Positions 1 to 10,783 of a stretch of 41,996 nt of DNA are shown here, piece after piece. Each line of letters begins with the position of its first letter. Within the stretch, counting starts at the first letter, position 1. The translations under genes were made by a program, and so were the position numbers. Below the pieces are notes generated by a model. The model saw nothing but the letters and a program-made list of their open reading frames with translations, did no database searches and was not told where the DNA came from. This DNA comes from an uncultured Gemmatimonadota bacterium (lineage in GTDB: Bacteria; GCA-2686955), in NCBI GenBank assembly GCA_964490075.1, contig CAZBBK010000051.1, forward strand, positions 1-41,996, given 5' to 3'.

Positions 1-2
1 CC

Positions 3-2287
<2,285 letters not shown>

Positions 2288-2291
<4 letters not shown>

Positions 2292-3304
2292 CCCTCGTGA
2301 CCCTGGCCCGCCCCCGTGCGCTCTTGGCGGCGCTCGTCTGTGTCTCGCCCGCCGCGGCGTCCCCCCCGTCCGGACTGGACGATGATGTCTCGAGCGTGGT
2401 GATCAACGAGATCATGTACAACCCCTCCGACTCGCTCGGCGCCGACGACGACTACCAGTGGGTGGAGCTCTACAACACCTCGGCACTGGCCGTCGATCTC
2501 CAGGGCTGGAGCCTGAACGACGCGGCACTCTCGGGCACGATCGGGGCGCACGACTACGCCATCGTGGCGCGCCAGGATCTCTCCGACCCCGATCAGGACG
2601 GCGCCTACTTCAGCGCCTTCTACAACCCTCAGCACGACTACCAGATCGAGCATCCGATCATCGACCTGGAGGGAGTCGACCTCGGCTTGGGGGACAGCGA
2701 CTTCGACCTGGTGCTGCGCGATGCCGAGGGGACGGCGATCGACTCCACCGGCTTCCACCCGGCGCCGGGCGGCGACGGCGACGGCTCCACCCTGGAGCGC
2801 CTGGTGGCGCCTTTCGTCGGCGACGTGGCCAACTTCGAGCCCAGCGCGCCACCCGAGCGCTTCGGCTCGCCGGAGGGTCAGAACTCGGTCTCGCCGGTGG
2901 TGATCGACGTGCTGCTGCCCGACGGCCCTTTCGAGCCGGGCGAGCTGGTATTGATCTCCGAGACGATCCTCAACCGCACCTCTCAGCCGCAGCCGATCTC
3001 GCTGATGCGCGCCCTGGAGCTCCCGGAGGACTTGGTCCTGCCGATCGACGTCCCGGAGCTGCCGGACTGGGTCGTGCTGCCGCCCGACTTCGAGCTCACG
3101 CTCGAGGCCGAGGTGGAGGTGCCGGAGCTCCTCCCCGAAGGCGGCTATGCCTACCAGGCAGCCTTCGGACGCGGCATCCAGTCGGCCGGATCGGAGTGGG
3201 AGGAGTTCATCGTGCGCACCAACGACCAGTCTTCGGAGCGCCGTCGGGTTCACAATTTTGTGAACTCCTGCGCGGCTTCGCCCAGAGCGATCCCGGCAGA
3301 CTGA
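2288..3304 (+). CDS. Secreted lamin-tail-domain (LTD) protein with shared C-terminal beta-sandwich domain
   Basis: The ATG overlaps the upstream stop (ATGA). Signal peptide, LTD signature VVINEIMYNP...QWVELYNTS...VDLQGWSL, acidic composition. Confidence 0.85.
3248..3265. promoter_or_regulatory. AT-rich palindrome, candidate upstream activator sequence for a sigma54 activator
   Basis: Perfect inverted repeat GTTCACAA-TT-TTGTGAAC about 100 bp upstream of a -24/-12 element, conspicuous against the GC-rich background. Confidence 0.6.
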
Positions 3305-3364
3305 GCCCCCGCGGCACGAAACCGGCGAAACGCCGGGATTCCTGCCCCGCCCGACCCCCGTGCC

Positions 3365-3380
3365 CGGCACGCATCCTGCA
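3365..3380 (+). promoter_or_regulatory. Sigma54 (-24/-12) promoter
   Basis: CGGCACGCATCCTGCA matches TGGCACG-N4-TTGC(A/T) with exact GG-N10-GC spacing, and a bEBP gene lies two genes upstream. Confidence 0.7.
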
Positions 3381-3628
3381 GTCCCTTCGGGCAGGCCTCC
3401 GGCACGGATTCACCGCGCCGGGCTCGGCCCACGGCTTCCCGCCCACGCGCTCAACCCTCTGCACGGCGTGGGTGGGAGGTCGTCGGTCCGGGGTCTCGAT
3501 GGACGAGTCGCCCGGGCCCGCAACCTGGTCGGCACCAGCCGTCGCGGGGGCGCGGTGACAGGCCGCGCCGAAGCGCCGGTGGGTCGACCCGCCGCCCCTT
3601 GCCGGGGCGGAGGAACCAGGACAGAACC

Positions 3629-4009
3629 ATGCTCCGTTCCATCATCGCCGCCGCCGCGGCCGCCTTCGCCTTCGCCGCCCACGCCCAGTGCGTTTCCTGC
3701 GGCATCGAGCTCAGCGCCGACTGTGTCGCCCCGGGCGGGCAGCTCGAGATCGACGTCTTCGTGACCAACGGCTGCGACCTGCCGGTCGAGGTCGAGGCCT
3801 CGCTGATCGCCCACGCCCCCGAGGGCGAGGAGTACGTGATCGAGGCGCGCACCTTCGTGCTGCCGCCGATCGAGGCCTCCGCCAGCTTCCTGCTCACCGT
3901 GCCCGAGGACATCGCCCGCGGCGACTACGACCTCGAGGTGACGATCCTCGAAGGCGACCACGTGAGCACCTGCGCCGCAGCAGTGACGGTCTCGGACGAC
4001 TGCGGTTGA
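3629..4009 (+). CDS. Small secreted Cys-containing beta-sandwich protein (signal peptide plus a stand-alone copy of the shared C-terminal domain)
   Basis: GGAGG/AGGA upstream of the ATG at 3629. Signal peptide MLRSIIAAAAAAFAFAAHA, motif VPEDIARGDY, six Cys. Confidence 0.8.
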   Translation: MLRSIIAAAAAAFAFAAHAQCVSCGIELSADCVAPGGQLEIDVFVTNGCDLPVEVEASLIAHAPEGEEYVIEARTFVLPPIEASASFLLTVPEDIARGDYDLEVTILEGDHVSTCAAAVTVSDDCG

Positions 4010-4108
4010 TCCGCGACCGCACACGGGATCGATTCCCCCCCCGGAACTCCGGTCCTTCCATGAGCGGCCGGCTCGATGTCTCCGATGACGCGGGCCGGCC
4101 GCCGCCCG

Positions 4109-4486
4109 TCATTCCCAGAGGGCCTCGGCGAAGCGGGCGCGGATGCGCTGGTCCTTGGTCACCAGAGTCGCACCGGCGCAGATCGCCTGCGCCACGATCA
4201 GGCGATCGAAGGGGTCGCGCGTCCAGCGCAGACCGAGAGCCTGCGCGACCACATCGTGAAAGGGCCGATCGCAGACCCTCAGCTCCAAGGCGCGGCTCAG
4301 CTCCGCCATGATCTCGGCGGCGCTGGGGACGATGCGGCCGATCTCGTGCAGATACTCGAGCTCCAGCAGCGCCATGGGAGAGACTCCGAGCGGGCGGGTC
4401 TCGATCTCGGTCTTGACGCGCTCGGGGAGGGCCGCCGCGCCATCCTGATACAGCCAGGCCAGCACGTGGGTGTCGAGGTGGATCAC
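4109..4486 (-). CDS. vapC: Type II TA toxin, PIN-domain ribonuclease (VapC family)
   Basis: IHLDTHV N-terminus, SPMALLELEYL, RDPFDRLIVAQA, LVTKD. The GTG start overlaps the antitoxin stop (GTGA), with RBS GAGGAGG. Confidence 0.9.
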   Translation of the reverse strand: MIHLDTHVLAWLYQDGAAALPERVKTEIETRPLGVSPMALLELEYLHEIGRIVPSAAEIMAELSRALELRVCDRPFHDVVAQALGLRWTRDPFDRLIVAQAICAGATLVTKDQRIRARFAEALWE

Positions 4487-4737
4487 GATCGATCCTCCTC
4501 TTCTTGACCCAGGAAGGGCCGCCACTCGCTCGACCAGTCGACGCGCAGCAGATCGTCCGGATCGCCGACGATGGTGCCCGGGTGTGGAAGCAGACGCGCG
4601 AGCCGACTCGGCCGGCTTTCCGGCACGATCGACAGCCGCCGGCCTTTGCGAATGATCTCGACCGGGATCCCGGTGGCCAGGGCTCGATCGAGGATTCGGT
4701 AGATGTCTTGCCGCAATCTGGAAACGGAAATCGCCAC
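4483..4737 (-). CDS. Type II TA antitoxin, Phd/YefM family
   Basis: ISVSRLRQDIYRILDRALATGIPVEIIRKGRRLSIVP fits the Phd/YefM pattern. It is ~84 aa and directly upstream of the PIN toxin. Confidence 0.85.
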   Translation of the reverse strand: MAISVSRLRQDIYRILDRALATGIPVEIIRKGRRLSIVPESRPSRLARLLPHPGTIVGDPDDLLRVDWSSEWRPFLGQEEEDRS

Positions 4738-4750
4738 GGTGCACTTCCAA

Positions 4751-4790
4751 GTCGATCGTACGTAATCACGATACAATCGTACGAGTCGAT
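4751..4790. promoter_or_regulatory. Candidate TA operator (paired CGTACG palindromes)
   Basis: gtcgatCGTACG-N15-CGTACGagtcgat, an AT-richer near-inverted repeat just upstream of the antitoxin start. Confidence 0.55.
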
Positions 4791-4824
4791 GCGCAAGCGA
4801 CCCTGCGCCTCACGCTCGCCCCCC

Positions 4825-6492
4825 TCAGCCGCCCCGCTTCTCCTCCGCCACCCAACGCTCCATCCACCCCTCCAGCACGTCGAGCGGCACGCCGCCGAGG
4901 GCCAAGAGCCGGTCGTGCAGGCGGCGCAAGTCGAGATCGGGCAACGCCGCCTGGGCCGTCTCGCGGATCTTCGAGATGGTCAGCTCGCCGATCTTGTAGG
5001 CCAGCGCCTGGCCCGGCATGCAGATGTAGCGATCGACCTCGGCCACGATGTTGTGGCGCGAGAGGGCGGTCTCGCTGGCCAGGTAGTCGACCGCCTGGGC
5101 GTGCGACCAGCCCTTGTGGTGGATGCCGGTATCGACCACCAGACGCGCCGCGCGCCAGATCTCCATCGTCAGCCGGCCGAACTCCGAGTAGAGGTCGCGG
5201 TAGAAGCCGAGCTCCTTCGGCAGTCCTTCCGAGTAGAGCGCCCAGCCCTCCACGTAGGCGGTAAAGGTGCCGTACTTGCGGAAATCCGGCAGGTCCTCGA
5301 CCTCTTGGGCCAGGGCGATCTGTAGGTGATGACCGGGAACCGCCTCGTGGTAGGCGAGCGCCTCCATCGTGTAGCGCGGCCGCGACTCGGGCTTGTGCGT
5401 GTTGGCGTAGAACACCCCGGGGCGCTCGCCGGCGGGAGGCATGTAGTAGGCGTCGGGCGCGTTGGCGGCGCGATAGTCCTCGATCGGCCAGACCTCGAAG
5501 CCGGTCTTCGGCAGGCGGCCGAACATCCGCGGCAGCTCGGCCTGGACCGCGTCGAGGACGCCGCGGAAACCGGCCAGCACCGCGTCCGCGTTCTCGAAGT
5601 GCAGCTCCGGACGGCCGCGCAGGTGGTCGACGAACTGGTGCACGTCGCCGGCGAAGCCTGTGGCCTCCATGACGCGCGTCATCTCGCTCGCGATGCGCGC
5701 CACCTCTTCGCGGCCGATCTCGTGAATGCGGTCCGGCGTCAGGTCGGTGGTGGTGAAGCGCTCGGTGACGTGGTGGTAGATCTCGTCGCCGCGCGGCAGG
5801 GCGTGGACTCCGATCTCGGTGCGGCAGCGCGGCAGGTAGTCGCGCTCCAGGAACTCGGCCAGTTTGGCGTAGCTGGGGACCACCGCCTCGGCCAGGCAGG
5901 ACTCGGCCTGCGCCGCCAGCTCCTGGATCCCCTCGATCTCCTCGCGCGGCTCGGCGAAGGGTGTCAGGAGGGGACTCGGTCCGCGGCCGGCCTGCGCCTT
6001 CACCTGGTCGAGGATGGCGCGGAAGTTCACCGCGGCGCCCACCATGCCGCGCGCCATCCCCTCGCGCATCAGGTCGATCACCTGGTCGATCTGGCGCGGA
6101 AAGGCGCGCAGCCGTGCGATGTAGGAGAGCAGCCCCTCGCGGTCGGCGGTGGGGTGGATGGTGGCCAGCTGTAGGAGGTCGAGGTGGGGACCGAAGAGCT
6201 GGGTCATCGGGATCAGGTGGGTGTCGAGAGCGTTGCCGCGCAGGTTCGACTCCATCAGCGCGATGAAGATCTCGCGCTCGATCGCCTCGGCCTCGGAGAG
6301 CCGCAGCGGATCGAGGGCGCGGGCCCGGCGCAGGGCGTCGCGCTCGCGCTCGATCTCACGTTCGCGCTGGGCTCGAGAGTAGTCGTGCAGGCGATCCTCG
6401 AAACGGCGGTCGCCGAGCTGCGTGGCCAGCGTGGGATGGTCGTGGAGCAACCCCTCCCAGTAGTCGTGGAACAAGGACCGTAGGTCGGACAT
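4825..6492 (-). CDS. DUF885 family protein (metallopeptidase-like)
   Basis: HPTLATQLGD, YHEAVPGHHLQ, AYVEGWALYSE, WRAARLVVDTGIH, EVDRYICMPGQALAYKIG. GGAG precedes the ATG at 6492. Confidence 0.92.
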   Translation of the reverse strand: MSDLRSLFHDYWEGLLHDHPTLATQLGDRRFEDRLHDYSRAQREREIERERDALRRARALDPLRLSEAEAIEREIFIALMESNLRGNALDTHLIPMTQLFGPHLDLLQLATIHPTADREGLLSYIARLRAFPRQIDQVIDLMREGMARGMVGAAVNFRAILDQVKAQAGRGPSPLLTPFAEPREEIEGIQELAAQAESCLAEAVVPSYAKLAEFLERDYLPRCRTEIGVHALPRGDEIYHHVTERFTTTDLTPDRIHEIGREEVARIASEMTRVMEATGFAGDVHQFVDHLRGRPELHFENADAVLAGFRGVLDAVQAELPRMFGRLPKTGFEVWPIEDYRAANAPDAYYMPPAGERPGVFYANTHKPESRPRYTMEALAYHEAVPGHHLQIALAQEVEDLPDFRKYGTFTAYVEGWALYSEGLPKELGFYRDLYSEFGRLTMEIWRAARLVVDTGIHHKGWSHAQAVDYLASETALSRHNIVAEVDRYICMPGQALAYKIGELTISKIRETAQAALPDLDLRRLHDRLLALGGVPLDVLEGWMERWVAEEKRGG

Positions 6493-6625
6493 CGGGGGGC
6501 TCCTGAACACGTGTGGCCGGATGCGCCGGGGTCCGCTACCGTTGAGGCGCCGCCCGGCCGGGTCGGCGGTGGCATTGGAAAGGCCGAGATTCTATCCCTT
6601 CGTAGCGCTCTTGCCGCCTTTGGAA

Positions 6626-7564
6626 GTGAATCGTCGCGGATCGATCCTGAGCGCGGCCGACGCCCGCGGTGGGCTGCCGTGGGCCTATCTGGCCTTCGCG
6701 CTCGCCTGGATCGTGTTCGGTCTCAAGCTGGTCGCCTATCGCTGGACCGGCTCGGTGGTGGTGCTCTCCGACGCCCTGGAGGGACTCGTCAACATCGCCG
6801 CCGGCGCCTTCGCGCTCTTCGCGGTCTCGCTGGCCCAGCAGCCCCCTGACGACAACCACCCCTATGGGCACGGCAAGGTGGAGTTCCTGTCGGCGGCGAT
6901 CGAGGGCGGTCTGGTGGTCGGCGCCGCGTGCGTGATCGCCTACGAGGCGCTGCTCGATCTGGTTCGGGGCCCTGGAATCGACGCGGTGCGCGGCGGCAGC
7001 GTCCTGCTCCTGGCGTCGGCGGCGGTGAACGGGACGATCGGCTGGGCCCTGGTGCGCGCGGGGCGGCGAGTCGGCTCGGTGGCGCTCGAAGCCGACGGCC
7101 GCCACCTGCTGACCGACGTGGTGACCAGCATTCTGGCGATCCTGGCGCTGCTCCTGGTGTCGGCCACCGGGCTGGCGGTGCTCGATCCCTTGATCGCGCT
7201 CGGGGCGTCGCTGCTGGTGGCGCGCACCGGTGTGCGTCTGCTGCGGCGGGCGGTAGGGGGCATGATGGACGAGGCCGACCCCGACGACCTGCGGTTGCTG
7301 CGCCGGGCGCTCGCGGAGATCGACGAGCCTTTGGTGCGCGGCTACCGCGGGCTGCGATCGCGCCATCAGGGCAAGCTGCACCAGGTCGACGTGGCGCTCC
7401 TGATCGACTCTTCGATCTCGGTGGGGACGGCGGCGGCGGTGGCGCGGCGGGTGGCGCAGGCTCTGAAGGGGGCGCTCGGCGCAGCCGCGGTGTCGTGTCG
7501 GGTCGAGCCCTGGCGGGGCGACCCGACCAGCGAGGCGCCGGAAGTGTCGCTCGGGCCGGAGTGA
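6626..7564 (+). CDS. Cation diffusion facilitator (CDF/FieF-like) transporter; start uncertain
   Basis: LKLVAYRWTGSVVVLSDALE, PPDDNHPYGHGKVEFLSAAIEG, ALEADGRHLLTDV, several hydrophobic helices. Confidence 0.9.
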   Translation: MNRRGSILSAADARGGLPWAYLAFALAWIVFGLKLVAYRWTGSVVVLSDALEGLVNIAAGAFALFAVSLAQQPPDDNHPYGHGKVEFLSAAIEGGLVVGAACVIAYEALLDLVRGPGIDAVRGGSVLLLASAAVNGTIGWALVRAGRRVGSVALEADGRHLLTDVVTSILAILALLLVSATGLAVLDPLIALGASLLVARTGVRLLRRAVGGMMDEADPDDLRLLRRALAEIDEPLVRGYRGLRSRHQGKLHQVDVALLIDSSISVGTAAAVARRVAQALKGALGAAAVSCRVEPWRGDPTSEAPEVSLGPE

Positions 7565-9444
7565 TGGGCACCGACCACGACTTCCTGCCGATGACGGCGC
7601 ACGAGCTTGCCGCCCGGGGCTGGGAGCGCCCCGACGTGGTGTTCGTGACCGGAGACGCCTACGTCGACCATCCCGCTTTCGCGATGGCGGTGCTGGGGCG
7701 GGTGCTCGAGCAGCAGGGTTTTCGGGTGGCGATCCTGAGTCAGCCGAACTGGCGCAGCGTCGAGCCCTTCCGAGCTCTGGGCAGGCCGCGGCTCTTTTTC
7801 GCGGTAAGCGCCGGCAACATCGATTCGATGGTCAATCACTACACCGCCAATCGGTTGCCGCGCTCCGACGACGCCTACTCGCCCGGTGGCCGCGCCGGTC
7901 TGCGACCCGATCGCGCGACCAATGCCTACGTGCAACGCTGCCGCCAGGCGTTCAAAGGCGTGCCGGTGGTGGCGGGAGGGGTCGAAGCGTCGCTGCGGAG
8001 GCTGGCTCACTACGATTTTTTCTCGGACAAGGTGTTGCCTTCGATTCTGCTGACCTCGAAGGCCGACCTGGTGGTGCACGGCATGGGCGAGCAGGGAATC
8101 GTTGCGATCGCTCGGGGACTGGATGAAGGCCGGTCCTGCGCCGATCTCAGCGCGATGCGCGGCTGTGCCTACCTGACCGGCGCCAAGGGAGAACCGCCGC
8201 GGGAGGCGGTGATTCTGCCCTCGTTCGAAGAGGTAGCGCGAGACAAGGAGCTGTTCTCGCGCGCCACCCGGATGATCCACCGCGAGACCAATCCCCACAA
8301 CGCGCGGGTCGTGGCGCAGCGTCACGGCGAGCGCTGGGTGGTGGTGCAGCCGCCGGCAACGCCGCTGGCGGCGGAAGAGCTGGACCGGATCTACGCGTTG
8401 CCCTTCGCACGCGCCGCGCACCCCGGCTACCAGCAGGCGGTTCCGGCGCTCGAGACGGTGCGTTTCAGTGTGTCGCTGATGCGTGGCTGCTTCGGTGGTT
8501 GTGCGTTCTGCTCGATCACCCTGCACCAGGGCCGCATCGTGCAATCGAGAACGCGCCGATCGGTGCTCGCGGAGATCGATCGATTCGCCGCCGACGATCG
8601 CTACACGGGCGTAGTCTCGGATCTCGGCGGCCCGACCGCGAACATGTACCGCATGCACTGCACGCGGCCCGAGGTCGAGAAGATCTGTCGCCGGCTGTCG
8701 TGCGTGCATCCCACCGTCTGCAAGCTGCTCCAGACCAGCCACGCTCCCTTGCGCGACCTGATGCGCGCGGTTCGCGGCAGGCCCCGAGTGCGCAAGGCGC
8801 TGGTCGCCAGCGGGGTGCGGATGGACCTGGCGCTGCGCGATCGCGCCTACATCGACGACCTGGCGCGACACCACACCGGGGGGCGGATCAAGGTGGCGCC
8901 GGAGCACGTCGCGGCGCGCGTATTGGAGCTGATGAAGAAGCCGCCGATCGGCGATTTCGAGCGCTTCGCGGCCGCATTCCTGGAGTCGAGCGCGCGCGCC
9001 GGCAAGCGGCAGGAAATCGTTCCCTACTTCATCTCCTCCCATCCGGGAGCCGATCTCGAAGCGGCGCTGGAGCTGGCGCTCTTTCTGAAACGCACCGGCT
9101 ACCGGCCGCTGAAGATGCAGGATTTCATCCCGGCACCGATGGACATCGCCGCCTCGGCCTTCCACACCGGCATCGATCCTTTCACCATGCGCCCGGTCGC
9201 GGTCGCTCGGGGAACGCGCGCCCGCAACATGCAGCGCGCGCTCCTGCACTTCTTCAAGCCCGAGCACCATGCGACGGTGCGTCGCGCGTTGCGCAGCCTG
9301 GGGCGCAGCGATCTGATCGGCGAGCACGAGGGCGCGTTGATACGATCCACCGCGCCCCGGCCGAGCGCCGATTCGCCGGCCGCCCGAGCGTCGAAGGGAC
9401 AGCGGCGATCGGTGGGGTATCGACCCCATAGAAAGCGAGGCTGA
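7564..9444 (+). CDS. ygiQ: YgiQ family radical SAM protein (UPF0313)
   Basis: FLPMT...DVVFVTGDAYVDHP, DSMVNHYT, GGVEASLRRLAHYD, RGCFGGCAFC, DLGGPTANMY, KVAPEH, PYFISSHPG. The start overlaps the CDF stop (TGATG). Confidence 0.93.
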   Translation: MGTDHDFLPMTAHELAARGWERPDVVFVTGDAYVDHPAFAMAVLGRVLEQQGFRVAILSQPNWRSVEPFRALGRPRLFFAVSAGNIDSMVNHYTANRLPRSDDAYSPGGRAGLRPDRATNAYVQRCRQAFKGVPVVAGGVEASLRRLAHYDFFSDKVLPSILLTSKADLVVHGMGEQGIVAIARGLDEGRSCADLSAMRGCAYLTGAKGEPPREAVILPSFEEVARDKELFSRATRMIHRETNPHNARVVAQRHGERWVVVQPPATPLAAEELDRIYALPFARAAHPGYQQAVPALETVRFSVSLMRGCFGGCAFCSITLHQGRIVQSRTRRSVLAEIDRFAADDRYTGVVSDLGGPTANMYRMHCTRPEVEKICRRLSCVHPTVCKLLQTSHAPLRDLMRAVRGRPRVRKALVASGVRMDLALRDRAYIDDLARHHTGGRIKVAPEHVAARVLELMKKPPIGDFERFAAAFLESSARAGKRQEIVPYFISSHPGADLEAALELALFLKRTGYRPLKMQDFIPAPMDIAASAFHTGIDPFTMRPVAVARGTRARNMQRALLHFFKPEHHATVRRALRSLGRSDLIGEHEGALIRSTAPRPSADSPAARASKGQRRSVGYRPHRKRG

Positions 9445-9700
9445 AAGCGAGACTTGCAATAGCCCGGGGTTTCCCCCACAATTCGCTGCCCGATTGTATG
9501 GTCCGGGAGGCCGTTCAACCGAGCCAGCATGATGCGAAGCTCATCAGCCGCGGTGTCAGTTTCCACGGCACCGGCGAGCGCCGCCGTCGCGGGAAGGACG
9601 GGCGCTCCGGCCGGCAGGGGAAGTTGCGCTTCAGTACGACCGGAATGGACAAGCTGTTCGCGCAGGGGTGTTGCGCCCCGCGAGGGGTGAGGAGTCATCG

Positions 9701-10783
9701 ATGAGAGCGATTGCAGTTGCGAACCAAAAAGGCGGATGCGGCAAGACCACCACGGCGATCAACCTCGCCTGGAGCCTGTCCCAGAGGCAGCGCAGGACGC
9801 TGCTGATCGACATGGACCCGCAGGGTCATGTCGCCGTCGGGCTCGGCCTGCAGATCGAGAGCCCGCCGGCGACGCTCGCCAGTCTGTTGCTCGAGGAAAG
9901 TGGAATCACTCCTCTCATCCGAATCGCCGTGGCGATCGATGAGCGGCTCTCGGTGGTGCCCTCGACCCTGAAGCTGGCGCTCCTGGAGCAGCGTCTGGCG
10001 GGCAAGAAGCGGCGCGAGCGTCGTCTGCAAGCGGCGCTGGAAAGCGCCGCCGGCGACTACGATTACGTGCTCGTCGACTGCCCCCCCAACCTCGGCATGC
10101 TCACCTTCAACGCGCTCTTCGCCTGCGACGAGATCATGATCCCGGTCGATACCAGCATCTTCGCCATCGATGGCCTGGCGCGCTTCATGGAGACCGTTTC
10201 GCTGGTCGAGGGTCATGCCGGACACGGCAAGGCGGTGAACATCTTGCGCACCAATCACGATCGCCGCACCCGTTATGCCCGCGCCGTCACCGAGCGCCTG
10301 ATCGAGCGATTCCCCGACCGGGTGTTTCAGACCGCGATCTCGCGCAGCGTGCGTTTCTGTGAGGCGGCCGAGCGCGGCGCGGCGATCGGCGCCCTCTATC
10401 CGAGCTCGCGCGGCGCCGGGGACTACACGTCGCTGGCGGCCGAGGTGATGCGCGAAGAGATCGCCGCCGCGGCGCGCAGCAACGAGATCCGTCACCTGCA
10501 CGAGTCGCAGCGGCCGATCGGCGAGCAGGTGATGTTTGCTCTGAACATGCCCTCGGCCGCCGACGTGCGCCTGGTCGGCGATTTCAACGACTGGGATCCC
10601 TCGGGAATCGCGTTGCGGCGCGAAAGCGGCGGCGAATGGACCACGGCGCTGTCGTTGCGGCCCGGGGATTACCAGTACCGCTTCCTGGTCGATGGCCGTT
10701 GGCTCTGCGATCCGGCCAACGAGCGCAGCGTCGAAAATGTGTACGGAGGACGCAATTCCCTGTTGGAGGTGGGGAGCGTCTAG
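9701..10783 (+). CDS. ParA/Soj-family ATPase fused to a C-terminal AMPK1-CBM/CBM48 glycogen-binding-like domain
   Basis: RBS GAGGAG. Deviant Walker A NQKGGCGKTT, IDMDPQG, DCPPNLG. C-terminus VRLVGDFNDW...GEW...LRPGDYQYRFLVDGRWLCDP...N.YGGRNS. Confidence 0.9.
   Translation: MRAIAVANQKGGCGKTTTAINLAWSLSQRQRRTLLIDMDPQGHVAVGLGLQIESPPATLASLLLEESGITPLIRIAVAIDERLSVVPSTLKLALLEQRLAGKKRRERRLQAALESAAGDYDYVLVDCPPNLGMLTFNALFACDEIMIPVDTSIFAIDGLARFMETVSLVEGHAGHGKAVNILRTNHDRRTRYARAVTERLIERFPDRVFQTAISRSVRFCEAAERGAAIGALYPSSRGAGDYTSLAAEVMREEIAAAARSNEIRHLHESQRPIGEQVMFALNMPSAADVRLVGDFNDWDPSGIALRRESGGEWTTALSLRPGDYQYRFLVDGRWLCDPANERSVENVYGGRNSLLEVGSV

Noticed and set aside
3312-3345. GGCACGAAACCGGCGAAACGCCGGGA resembles the start of a c-di-GMP-I riboswitch
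   Set aside because: The following GCAAAGC/P3 elements are missing, and it lies upstream of the sigma54 promoter. It is more likely a simple hairpin after the LTD gene.
6928-7563. N-terminal 212 aa of the 838-aa ORF as part of YgiQ
   Set aside because: It overlaps the CDF gene in another frame. YgiQ similarity begins at ATG 7564.
9498-9704. 68-aa ORF, or a cobalamin riboswitch (GGGAAG) upstream of parA
   Set aside because: The ORF has no RBS or recognisable motif. The B12-box and other conserved cobalamin elements are absent.
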